NCBI GenBank assembly: GCA_036381125.1
Contig: DASVDK010000271.1
Location: forward strand, 1-39,540
Length of the DNA: 39,540 nt
Source: Thermodesulfobacteriota bacterium
Lineage (GTDB): Bacteria; DASVDK01
Direction: 5' to 3'
Part shown: piece by piece, positions 1-7,415 of the stretch
Layout of the letters: every line of letters begins with the position of its first letter
Numbering within the stretch: position 1 is the stretch's first letter
Made by a program: the position numbers and the translations under genes
Notes under the pieces: model-generated
The model's input: the letters and a program-made list of their open reading frames with translations, nothing else
Told to the model about the DNA's origin: nothing
Database searches by the model: none

Positions 1-847
1 TCGGCCGGCCCCAGGTCCGGCCGAAGCCGGGCAGGTCGAAGCGGTAGGTCGCTCCCAGGGCCACACCCCAATCACGCGACAGCTCGCCGGTCGCTCCCAG
101 GGGGCGTGAGCCGTTGAAGCCCATCGACGCCGACAGATCGAGCCCCAGCCGCCCGCGCGCCCAGCGCAGGCCGACCCGTCCCTCGCCGAAGTCGAAGGCC
201 GGCGCGTTGGTCGTCTGCCCGTAGTACTCGACGAAGGGCGTCACGCCGCCGGGCAGGTCGACGAGCAGCGCGGCGCTGTACGCCCACGCGTCGGTCTGCG
301 CGAGCGGATCGGTGGGGCTCTCGATGATGAGGAGCCCCCCGGACAGGCGCACCTCCACCGGGCCCGCGCGTGGGGTGACGAGGCCGAGCAGCGAGAAGTC
401 GGTGTTGTTCGTGCCGAGCCGCTCCCGGGCGGACGCGTTCGGCAGCTTCACCCCCAGCCGGATCGCGGTCGGCGGGAGCACGGAGGGACGCCCGTCGTCG
501 TCGAGGCCGTCGAGCAGGCGCAGCTTGCCGAAGAGGTAGAGGTCGCCGGTGCCGGTGGTATCGGGCAGGTCGCGTGACTGCCGCCACAGCCAGCGGTACG
601 TCGCCGAGAACTCCGCGATCCCCGCGATCCCGACCCGAGAGCTGAGCACGGGCGCGGAGGTGAGCGCCTCCTGGCCGGGCAGGCGCACGTACTCGGCGCC
701 GACGCCGGCGAGCACCTGCCCCGAGTCGACGACGTTGGCGGTGTCGGTGGCGAGCGGGCGATCGACGACCGCGAGATTCTGCGTGTACGCGGGAGCGGCG
801 TGGACCAGGCACGAGAGGAGGAGGACGAGGAGCGCGAGCGGGCGCAT
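1..847 (-). CDS. Secreted, outer-membrane-like protein with an N-terminal signal peptide. The start is in the window and the gene runs off the window start, so it is absent from the ORF track.
   Basis: A minus-strand ATG at 847 opens a 282-codon stop-free frame to position 1. The N-terminus MRPLALLVLLLSCLVHAAPAYTQ is a classic signal peptide. The composition is Gly/Ser/Thr/aromatic-rich, with ...YRFDLPGFGRTW at the truncated end, which resembles a beta-barrel. Third codon positions are GC-rich. The listed 72..866 ORF is a different frame and is Arg-rich junk. Confidence 0.55.
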   Translation of the reverse strand, partial: MRPLALLVLLLSCLVHAAPAYTQNLAVVDRPLATDTANVVDSGQVLAGVGAEYVRLPGQEALTSAPVLSSRVGIAGIAEFSATYRWLWRQSRDLPDTTGTGDLYLFGKLRLLDGLDDDGRPSVLPPTAIRLGVKLPNASARERLGTNNTDFSLLGLVTPRAGPVEVRLSGGLLIIESPTDPLAQTDAWAYSAALLVDLPGGVTPFVEYYGQTTNAPAFDFGEGRVGLRWARGRLGLDLSASMGFNGSRPLGATGELSRDWGVALGATYRFDLPGFGRTWGRP

Positions 848-850
848 GCT

Positions 851-889
851 GCGTATGTAGTAGCATACGCCGGCCGGTCGATCGACCGG
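851..889. promoter_or_regulatory. Two adjacent perfect inverted repeats in the 50-nt Hsp20/OMP intergenic region: gcgtatg-tagtag-catacgc (851..870) and ccggtcgatcgaccgg (874..889).
   Basis: Read directly from the sequence. One has 7-bp arms with a 6-nt AT-rich spacer and the other is a 16-bp perfect palindrome. They lie between the hsp20 stop (898) and the ATG of the downstream gene (847). Confidence 0.4.
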
Positions 890-897
890 TCGGTGGG

Positions 898-1275
898 CTA
901 GTCCCCGGTGTGTCCCTCCCGCATGCCGCGCGCGAGCCCCGTCCGCGGCACGTCGAGCGTGGCCGGTACGAAGGCCGGGCTCCTGGTCAGGACGATCGTC
1001 AGCACGCCGTTGCCGAACGTCACGTTCGCGGTCCGCCCGTCGACCGGCATCGGCAGCCTGAGCGACCGGTGATAGGGCCCGTAGGTCCACTCGTGGTGCA
1101 GGTAACGCTTGTCCGCGTCCTCGCCGCGCACGCCCGACTCCATCGTGAGCGTGTCCCCCTCCAGGCGAACGGCGATGTCCTCGGGCTCGATGCCGGGCAT
1201 GGGCGCCACGACGACGAGCGACTCGTCGGTCTCGAAGGCGTTGATCGGCAGCTCGCGTCGCTCCGGCACGTCCAT
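898..1275 (-). CDS. Small heat-shock protein of the Hsp20/alpha-crystallin family (125 aa).
   Basis: Translation MDVPERRELPINAFETDESLVVVAPMPGIEPEDIAVRLEGDTLTMESGVRGEDADKRYLHHEWTYGPYHRSLRLPMPVDGRTANVTFGNGVLTIVLTR is typical of the alpha-crystallin domain. The start was chosen at the internal ATG (1275), preceded by GGAGG. The upstream part of the 254-aa ORF is low-complexity. Confidence 0.8.
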   Translation of the reverse strand: MDVPERRELPINAFETDESLVVVAPMPGIEPEDIAVRLEGDTLTMESGVRGEDADKRYLHHEWTYGPYHRSLRLPMPVDGRTANVTFGNGVLTIVLTRSPAFVPATLDVPRTGLARGMREGHTGD

Positions 1276-1333
1276 GGCGCGACCTCCGTGGTCTCTCGCG
1301 GCCTGAGGGGCCACTCGTCCATCGCGCAGGGTG

Positions 1334-1351
1334 ACGCACGGCGCATGCCAG
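1334..1351 (-). promoter_or_regulatory. Sigma54-type -24/-12 promoter candidate upstream of hsp20 (minus strand reads cTGGCAtgcgccgTGCgt).
   Basis: The GG (1349-1348) and GC (1337-1336) are separated by exactly 12 nt. The match is TGGCA plus TGC against the consensus TGGCACG-N4-TTGCW. It lies about 60 nt upstream of the hsp20 ATG. Confidence 0.3.
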
Positions 1352-1369
1352 GGGCGCGGCGAGGCGCGC

Positions 1370-1999
1370 TCAGGCGATCGCGCGCAGGGGAAGCGGCAGG
1401 AGCGCGGGGGTCGCGCCGGCCCTGCGATGCACGGCCAACCGGCGCCACCGCCAGAGCCGAACGTAGCGGATGTCCGCCGCGCGCTGGAAGCCGGCCTTCT
1501 CGAGGCCGCGGAGCGAGGGGGCGTTGTCGGCGCGTGCGGCGATCCAGGCCCGCGTGACGCCGTCGGCGGCGAGGTCGCGGGCGATCGCGCCGAGGAGCGC
1601 GGGGTAGAGCCCGCGGCCGCGGTAGGCCGGCAGCGTGGCGCAGTCCCAGATGTAGGCTTCACCCGGGCCCACCCGGATGCGCCCCTCGACCTCGGCGATC
1701 TCCTCGTCGCCCCGGGTCACCCATCCGTAGGCCAGGATGCCGGCCGGTCCCTCGACGACGTAGGCGCGCCGCCCGGTGGCGAGGCGCGCGTCGATCTCCG
1801 CCGCCGGCGTGGGCGCCATGGCCCCGACGAGCGCCCGCCGCCGCGGCGAGCCGGCCGGCTCGCGATCGGTCACGCGGGCGACCGCGAGACCGGGCGGCAG
1901 CGACGGCGCCGCGGGCGGCTCGCGGTCGAGGTCGCGTCCCCAGAGCTCGATGCGGCACGCGTGGAAGGCTCGACGGGGCAGCAGGGCCGAGAGGATCAT
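1370..1999 (-). CDS. GNAT-family N-acetyltransferase.
   Basis: Motifs ...RGRGLYPALLGAIARDLAADGVTRAWIAARADNAPSLRGLEKAGFQ... match the acetyl-CoA-binding core of GNAT enzymes. Third codon positions are GC-rich. Confidence 0.7.
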   Translation of the reverse strand: MILSALLPRRAFHACRIELWGRDLDREPPAAPSLPPGLAVARVTDREPAGSPRRRALVGAMAPTPAAEIDARLATGRRAYVVEGPAGILAYGWVTRGDEEIAEVEGRIRVGPGEAYIWDCATLPAYRGRGLYPALLGAIARDLAADGVTRAWIAARADNAPSLRGLEKAGFQRAADIRYVRLWRWRRLAVHRRAGATPALLPLPLRAIA

Positions 2000-2184
2000 C
2001 GCCGCCCGGTGCGCACCGCGACCTCGAGCCGGCGGACGCGCGCGGCGAGGGCGTCGGCGGCCCGGGCGCGCGAGGCGCGCAGTCCGGCCGTCGCCTGCGT
2101 CGCCGCGTGGATCACGCTCGCCGCGGCGCGTCGTGCGCCGTCGTGCCGCAGGACGCCGCCGTAGAGGTCATCGAGCATCGCCAT
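1996..2184 (-). CDS. Small hypothetical protein (about 62 aa), possibly co-translated with the GNAT gene.
   Basis: The C-terminal part of the 100-aa ORF (MAMLDDLYGGVLRHDGARRAAASVIHAATQ...) has protein-like composition and GC-rich third positions, and its stop overlaps the GNAT start as ATGA. The listed N-terminal extension would overlap the phaR start and is rejected. Confidence 0.3.
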   Translation of the reverse strand: MAMLDDLYGGVLRHDGARRAAASVIHAATQATAGLRASRARAADALAARVRRLEVAVRTGRR

Positions 2185-2234
2185 CGCTTCTTCGACCACG
2201 CGCTCGCTCGGTCGGTCGGCGCGCCGCACGTTCG

Positions 2235-2263
2235 TTGACCTGCCTCGGGTGCCGTGGTAGCGT
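2235..2263 (+). promoter_or_regulatory. Sigma70-like promoter TTGACC-N17-TAGCGT ending 6 nt before the phaR ATG, implying a leaderless mRNA.
   Basis: Seen in sequence: TTGACC at 2235-2240, a 17-nt spacer, TAGCGT at 2258-2263, and the ATG at 2270. Confidence 0.35.
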
Positions 2264-2269
2264 CGCGGC

Positions 2270-2707
2270 ATGGTGACCATCCGTCGGTATCGGAACAATC
2301 GGAAACTCTATGATACCGCCCGGAGTCGCTACGTGACCCTCCAGGACGTCGCCACGCTCGTCCGGCGCGGCGAGCCGCTGCGCGTCATCGACAGCGAAAG
2401 CGGCGAGGACCTGACCGCCGCGACCTTCGCCCAGATCCTGTTCGAGTCGGAGCGGGTGCGCGCCCGCCTCTCCCCGGCCGTCCTGGCCGACCTGATCCGC
2501 GGCGCCGGCCGATCGACCGACGGCCGCACGGCGGCGATGCCGCGCGCCACGAGGGCTCGCGTCCGCGAGATCCTCGAGCGGGCCGTCGCCGACGATCCCC
2601 TGGCGCGCCGCCTGGCGGCGCTCGAGGCCCGGATCGCGGCGCTCGAGAGCGCCGTCCGCCAGCCGGCGCGAGGCGCCGGGGCCCGCCGACCGGCGCGCGC
2701 CCGCTAG
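2270..2707 (+). CDS. phaR: PhaR-like polyhydroxyalkanoate synthesis repressor.
   Basis: N-terminus MVTIRRYRNNRKLYDTARSRYVTLQDVATLVRRGEPLRVIDSESGEDLTAATFAQILFESE matches the PHB/PHA accumulation regulator DNA-binding domain (IKKYPNRRLYDT...). The C-terminus is an Ala/Arg-rich coiled coil. Confidence 0.8.
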   Translation: MVTIRRYRNNRKLYDTARSRYVTLQDVATLVRRGEPLRVIDSESGEDLTAATFAQILFESERVRARLSPAVLADLIRGAGRSTDGRTAAMPRATRARVREILERAVADDPLARRLAALEARIAALESAVRQPARGAGARRPARAR

Positions 2708-2717
2708 GACCGCACCC

Positions 2718-3425
2718 TCACGCTCCCGGCTTCCCCCTCCGTCCTGCCGCCGGCTGCGCGGGGCGGCGCCTGAGCGCCCGCCCGAGCAGCCAGGCCGCCG
2801 CCGCCGCGGCGAGCACGCCGAGGAGGACCTCCGCGGTGTCGCTCGCCTGGCCGCCGAACCACGAGTAGAGCGCGGTCGCGGGGAGCTGCCCCAGGCCGGT
2901 GCCGAGCAGGAAGCGGCTCGAGGACATCGCCGTGAGCCCGGCGGCGTACGAGATCGGGTCGAACGGGACGAAGGGGAGCAGGCGCGCCATGACGATCGCC
3001 TGGATGCCGTAGCGCCGGAAGAAGGCGTCGGCCGCCTCCAGCGCCGGCCGGCCGACGAGCCGCTCGGCCGCCGGACGGCCGAGCGATCGCGCGATGCCGA
3101 AGCAGAGCCAGGCGCCGACCATGGCGCTCGACCACGACAGGAGCCCGCCCCAGAAGGGCCCGAAGACGAGGCCGTTGGCGAGCGTGACGACGAACGCCGG
3201 CAGCGGCGCGACGATCGCCTGCGCGACCATGAGGAGCGCGGAGACGACGGCCGCCCAGGGGCCGAAGCCGAGCAGGTAGGCGCGCAGGCCCTGGGTGTCG
3301 CCCGCGAGGAGGAGCGCCCCGACGACGCCGGCCGCGTCTCGCAGCGGCGGCGCCGCCAGGACGGCGCCCGCCACGACCGCGGCCGGGACGAGCGCGTAGA
3401 GCGCACGCCGCGCGGCCGGTCCCAC
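2718..3425 (-). CDS. DedA/TVP38/SNARE-associated family membrane protein.
   Basis: A polytopic hydrophobic protein with motifs GLRAYLLGFGPWAAVV...FVPFDPISYAAGLT typical of DedA. It sits 4 nt downstream of the moaDE fusion. Confidence 0.75.
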   Translation of the reverse strand: MGPAARRALYALVPAAVVAGAVLAAPPLRDAAGVVGALLLAGDTQGLRAYLLGFGPWAAVVSALLMVAQAIVAPLPAFVVTLANGLVFGPFWGGLLSWSSAMVGAWLCFGIARSLGRPAAERLVGRPALEAADAFFRRYGIQAIVMARLLPFVPFDPISYAAGLTAMSSSRFLLGTGLGQLPATALYSWFGGQASDTAEVLLGVLAAAAAAWLLGRALRRRPAQPAAGRRGKPGA

Positions 3426-3429
3426 GAGG

Positions 3430-4107
3430 CTACGAGCGGCCGGCGTCGGGCGTGCCGACCCAGTGGGTGCCGCCGTCGGCCCACGCCTCCTTCTTCCAGA
3501 TCGGGACGATCACCTTGATTCGCTCGATCGCGTGGCGGGCGGCCTCGAACGCCTCGGCCCGGTGCGGCGAGGCGACGACGATGGCGACGCTCACGTCGCC
3601 GATGGCGAGGCGGCCGACCCGGTGGACGATGGCCACCCGGTCGAGCCCCCAGCGGGCCCGGATCTCGCCGCCGATCTCCGCGAGCTTGCGGGCGGCCATC
3701 TCCCGGTACGCGTGGTACTCGATGCCGGACACCGGCCGGCCCTCGGCATGGTCGCGCACCGTCCCGAGGAACACCGCCACGGCGCCGCAGGAGGGGTGCG
3801 AGACCGCGGCGACGAGGCCGCCCACGTCGATCGGCCCGTCGACGACCTCGAAGCGCCCCGGCGCGCCGCCCGAGACGGGGGGGATCAGCGCCACCTCGTC
3901 GCCGTCCGCGAGGCCGTGTGCGGGCGCCACGTACTCCATGTTCACGGCCGTCAGGAGCGCGCCCGCGTACCTGCGCACCGCCGGCACCCGCTCGCCCGCC
4001 GCCTCCAGCGCCGTCCGCACCGTGGCGCCCGGGGGGAGGTCGAGGTCGAGCACGTCCGTGCCGGCCGCCTCGACCAGCGCCGCGAAGAGCCGGACCCTGA
4101 CGCGCAC
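3430..4107 (-). CDS. MoaD-MoaE fusion (molybdopterin synthase sulfur-carrier and catalytic subunits in one polypeptide).
   Basis: The N-terminal ~85 aa form a ubiquitin-like MoaD ending in the IPPVSGG diglycine. The remainder is MoaE (FLGTVRDHAEGRPV...YHAYREMAARK...ASPHRAEAFEAARHAIERIKVIVPIWKKE). It starts with GTG and is preceded by GAGG. Confidence 0.8.
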   Translation of the reverse strand: MRVRVRLFAALVEAAGTDVLDLDLPPGATVRTALEAAGERVPAVRRYAGALLTAVNMEYVAPAHGLADGDEVALIPPVSGGAPGRFEVVDGPIDVGGLVAAVSHPSCGAVAVFLGTVRDHAEGRPVSGIEYHAYREMAARKLAEIGGEIRARWGLDRVAIVHRVGRLAIGDVSVAIVVASPHRAEAFEAARHAIERIKVIVPIWKKEAWADGGTHWVGTPDAGRS

Positions 4108-4189
4108 CTAGCGCCGCCTCGCGGCCGGCGCGCTCGCGCCGCCCGTTTCGGGCGTCCCGGTCGGCCACGCCCCACGCGTTCGCACCGCC

Positions 4190-5203
4190 TCAGGCCTCCC
4201 CGCTCGCACGCGCCCGCTCGAGCACCGCCGCCTCCCAGGCCTCGGCCTCCGGCGAGAAGTACTCGAGACGCGCCCGCTTGTACGCCTTCGTGGTCGGGAG
4301 CGCCGCGTACTCCGGGGCGGCGGCCGCCTTCGAGAGCGCCTCGAGCGTCGCCTCGCACTCCTCGGCGGTGCGCCCCTGGACCATCGTGAAGAGCGCGTAC
4401 GGCCAGTCGGGGTAGACCGGCCGCCGATAGCAGTGGGACACCGCGGCCGAGTTCGACACGGCGTCGGCGACCTCGTCGATCCGCTCCTCCGGCACCGCGA
4501 ACACCCCCATGGCGCTCGCCCGGAGGCCGCCCGGCCGGCCCTGGACGACCGCCGCGACGCGGCGCAGCCGGCCGGCCTCGACCATCTGCCTCGCCGAGGC
4601 GAGGACCTGGTCCTCCCCGATTCCGAGTCGCCCGCCGACCTCCGCGTAGGGGGACGGGACGAGGGGGAGATCCTTCTGCAGTTCGCGGATGAGGCCGATC
4701 GCCTCCGGCGCCGGCGGTTCGCCCGGCTCGCCGCGGTCCGGCTGGTCGAGCTTCACGCCCACCTTGTACAGGGCCAGCGCCGGCAGCAGGCGCGTCGCCT
4801 CCGCCTGCGCGTCGCGCCCGAGGGCCTCCGCGGTCCGGTCGAGCCCCAGCGCCGAAGTCGGCGCCACCGCGAGGGTCGCCCAGACGTTGAACGCGTGCGG
4901 CCGCCCGTAGACGTGGGTGACGCCGGGGTGGCGGCCGATGACCTCGGCCGCCTCGTCCTCCCGCCCCGGCGCGACCCGGAAGGCCACCAGGCTCGACCGG
5001 TAGCCGAGGCCCCGGCTGTCGAAGACGGCACCGAGGTGCCCCACGACGCCCGCCTCCTTGAGCGCGGCGATCCGGCCGACGACCTCGTTTTCCGCCATGC
5101 CGAGCGACTCGCCGATGGCCGCGAACGGCCGCTCGACGAGCGGCAGGCCGGCGGAGAGGACGCTCAGGAGCCTCCCATCCTCGATCGACACGTTGATGCT
5201 CAC
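4190..5203 (-). CDS. NirDL/AhbAB-like fused siroheme decarboxylase (two tandem Lrp/AsnC-like modules).
   Basis: Two repeated modules each carry the family signatures (…GVTHVYGRPHAFNVWATLAV… and …VSHCYRRPVYPDWPYALFTMVQG…), with N-terminal HTH-like segments. The length (337 aa) fits a fused pair. Confidence 0.6.
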   Translation of the reverse strand: MSINVSIEDGRLLSVLSAGLPLVERPFAAIGESLGMAENEVVGRIAALKEAGVVGHLGAVFDSRGLGYRSSLVAFRVAPGREDEAAEVIGRHPGVTHVYGRPHAFNVWATLAVAPTSALGLDRTAEALGRDAQAEATRLLPALALYKVGVKLDQPDRGEPGEPPAPEAIGLIRELQKDLPLVPSPYAEVGGRLGIGEDQVLASARQMVEAGRLRRVAAVVQGRPGGLRASAMGVFAVPEERIDEVADAVSNSAAVSHCYRRPVYPDWPYALFTMVQGRTAEECEATLEALSKAAAAPEYAALPTTKAYKRARLEYFSPEAEAWEAAVLERARASGEA

Positions 5204-5321
5204 CGGACTCCCCTCGCCGACTCCCGAGCCTCCGAACTCCCCGGCGGCACGCCGCGACCCGCCGGCGCGGCGGCGCCGTCCGGGCCTGCCGCCCTCGGGC
5301 TCGTGTCCCGCGGATATTCTA

Positions 5322-6425
5322 TCAGTGGACGTCGAGGACCGGCCGGCCGAGCACGTCCGGCCGCGGGGTCACGCCGAGGCCCGGAGCCGTCGACGCGGCG
5401 ATGCGCCCCTCCCGGCGCCGCGGCGCGCCCTCGGCGAGGCTCACGGTCACGTAGCTGTTGAAGTCCGTGGCGGAGAAGCGCAGCTCGGCCGGCGTGCTGT
5501 GCGCCAGGTGAGCGATGGCCGCCGTGACGATGTCGCCGCCCCAGGTGTCCTCGATCGTCATGGCGATCCCCATCGCGACGCAGACGTCGCGCACCTGCCG
5601 GGCCATCGTCAGCCCGCCGAGCTTGCTGATCTTGATGTTGACCACGTCCATCGCCCCATCGGCGCACGCGCGCTGCAGCGCGCCGAGACCGTCGATCGAC
5701 TCGTCGAGCACGAACGGGTGGTCGGTGTGACGCCGGACCGTCAGGCACTCCTCGTAGGAGAGGCACGGCTGCTCGATGTAGACGTCCAGGTCGCGGACGG
5801 CCCGCACGACGCGAAGCGCCTGGTGCGGCAGCCACCCGGTATTGGCGTCGGCCACGAGGACGTCGCCCGGCCCGAGCGCCGCCGCCACCGCCCGGATCCG
5901 CGCGATGTCGGTCTCCGGGTCCCCCCCGACCTTGAGCTGGAACCTCCGGTAGCCCTCCGCCCGGTAGCCGGCCACGCGGGCGGCCATCCGGTCGGGCGCG
6001 TCCTGGGAGATCGCCCGGTAGAGGTCCACCGCGTCGCCGTGGCGGCCGCCGAGGAGCGTCGAGACCGGCTCCCCCGTCGCCTGGCCGAGGAGGTCCCAGA
6101 GCGCCATGTCGATGGCGGACTTCACGTAGGGGTGCCCCTTGAGGGCCCGCTCCATGAGGCGGTTGAGCGGACCGATCTCGCGCGCATCCTGGCCCAGGAG
6201 GTGCGGCGCCAGCTCCGCGAGCCCGGCGCGCACGCCGGCCGCGTAGGCCGGCAGGTAGGCGGGGCCGAGCGGGCAGACCTCCCCGTGCCCGGCCAGGCCG
6301 CGGTCGGTCTCGATGCGGACCACCGTGCTGTCGAAGACCTCGACCGCCTTGCCGCCCGACCAGGCGTAACGCCCCTCGTGCAGCGGCAGCTCGACCCGGT
6401 AGGCGGTGATCCGGCGAATGCGCAT
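5322..6425 (-). CDS. Enolase-superfamily enzyme of the mandelate racemase/muconate lactonizing (MR/MLE) family.
   Basis: [26 protein letters not shown]... and metal-binding region motifs (...LDVYIEQPC...DESIDG...[14 protein letters not shown]...) are typical of MR/MLE. The start was placed at the internal ATG 6425 with an upstream GGAG; the 30 codons upstream are low-complexity. Confidence 0.75.
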   Translation of the reverse strand: MRIRRITAYRVELPLHEGRYAWSGGKAVEVFDSTVVRIETDRGLAGHGEVCPLGPAYLPAYAAGVRAGLAELAPHLLGQDAREIGPLNRLMERALKGHPYVKSAIDMALWDLLGQATGEPVSTLLGGRHGDAVDLYRAISQDAPDRMAARVAGYRAEGYRRFQLKVGGDPETDIARIRAVAAALGPGDVLVADANTGWLPHQALRVVRAVRDLDVYIEQPCLSYEECLTVRRHTDHPFVLDESIDGLGALQRACADGAMDVVNIKISKLGGLTMARQVRDVCVAMGIAMTIEDTWGGDIVTAAIAHLAHSTPAELRFSATDFNSYVTVSLAEGAPRRREGRIAASTAPGLGVTPRPDVLGRPVLDVH

Positions 6426-6433
6426 GGCGGCTC

Positions 6434-7345
6434 CTACGCCCGCAGCAGGTTGCGCGCGAGGAAGAGGACGTTCGCGGGGCGCTCGGCGAGGCGCCGCATC
6501 AGGTAGTAGTACCACTCCGGCCCGTACGGGGTGGCGACGCGGACGCGGTAGCCCTGCCTCGCGAGGTCGAGCTGGAGCTGCGACCGGACGCCGTAGAGCA
6601 TCTGGAACTCGTAGCGCTCGGGACCGATCCCCCGCTTCGCCACGAAGGCGCGGACGTGATCGATGATCCGCTCGTCGTGCGTGGCGATGGCCGTGAAGCG
6701 GCCGTCGAGGAGCATCCGCTCGGCCAGCTCGATGAACCGGGCGTCGACGTCGGCCTTGCGCGGGAACGCGACGTCGGGCGGCTCGAGGTAGGCCCCCTTG
6801 ACGATCCGCAGATTCGGCCCGAGCGGCAGGAGCGCGTCGAGGTCCTTCGGCGTGCGGTAGAGGTACGACTGGAGGACCGTGCCGACGTTGTCGAGCCCCT
6901 CGGCCCTGAGCCGCCGGTAGATCCGGAGCGTCGCGTCGACCCGGGCCGACTCCTCCATGTCGATCCGCACGAAGTTGCCGAGCTCGCGCGCCCGGGCGGC
7001 AAGGCGCGCCACGTTCGCGAAGGCCTCGTCCTCGGAGAGATCCAGGCCGAGCTGCGACAGCTTGAGCGCGACGTTGGTCCTGAGCGCCTCGCGGTGGATC
7101 CGGTCGAGGACGACCAGGTAGGTCTCCACGACCTGCCGAACCGTGGCCGCGTCGCGCACCGCCTCGCCGAGGAGGGTGGTGTTCGTGAGGAGGCCCTGCG
7201 CGTTGAGCGCCCGGAGCACGACGACGGCCTCGTCGAGCGTCTCGCCGGCGACGAAGCGCGCGGCGCCCATGCGCATGCCGTAGCGCCGGACGGCCTTCGA
7301 GACGAGCGGGTTCTGCGTGGCCGCGAGGATGAGCGTGCGCATCAT
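6434..7345 (-). CDS. Proline dehydrogenase (monofunctional PutA-type catalytic domain).
   Basis: Motifs ...[18 protein letters not shown]...[10 protein letters not shown]...[31 protein letters not shown] match the proline dehydrogenase family. Confidence 0.8.
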   Translation of the reverse strand: MMRTLILAATQNPLVSKAVRRYGMRMGAARFVAGETLDEAVVVLRALNAQGLLTNTTLLGEAVRDAATVRQVVETYLVVLDRIHREALRTNVALKLSQLGLDLSEDEAFANVARLAARARELGNFVRIDMEESARVDATLRIYRRLRAEGLDNVGTVLQSYLYRTPKDLDALLPLGPNLRIVKGAYLEPPDVAFPRKADVDARFIELAERMLLDGRFTAIATHDERIIDHVRAFVAKRGIGPERYEFQMLYGVRSQLQLDLARQGYRVRVATPYGPEWYYYLMRRLAERPANVLFLARNLLRA

Positions 7346-7415
7346 GGATGGCGATGATAGTCTCGACGCCGCTCGCCCGCCAGCCCGATCGACCGCTCGC
7401 CCGGGCTTCCGGCGG

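Noticed and set aside
72-866. A 264-aa minus-strand ORF at the window start.
   Set aside because: It is the wrong frame. The frame starting at 847 gives a signal peptide and a protein-like sequence, while this one is Arg-rich.
2168-4168. A 666-aa minus-strand ORF spanning phaR, dedA and moaDE.
   Set aside because: It is out of frame with the well-supported DedA and MoaD-MoaE genes on the same strand. Its translation is almost entirely R/G/A/P.
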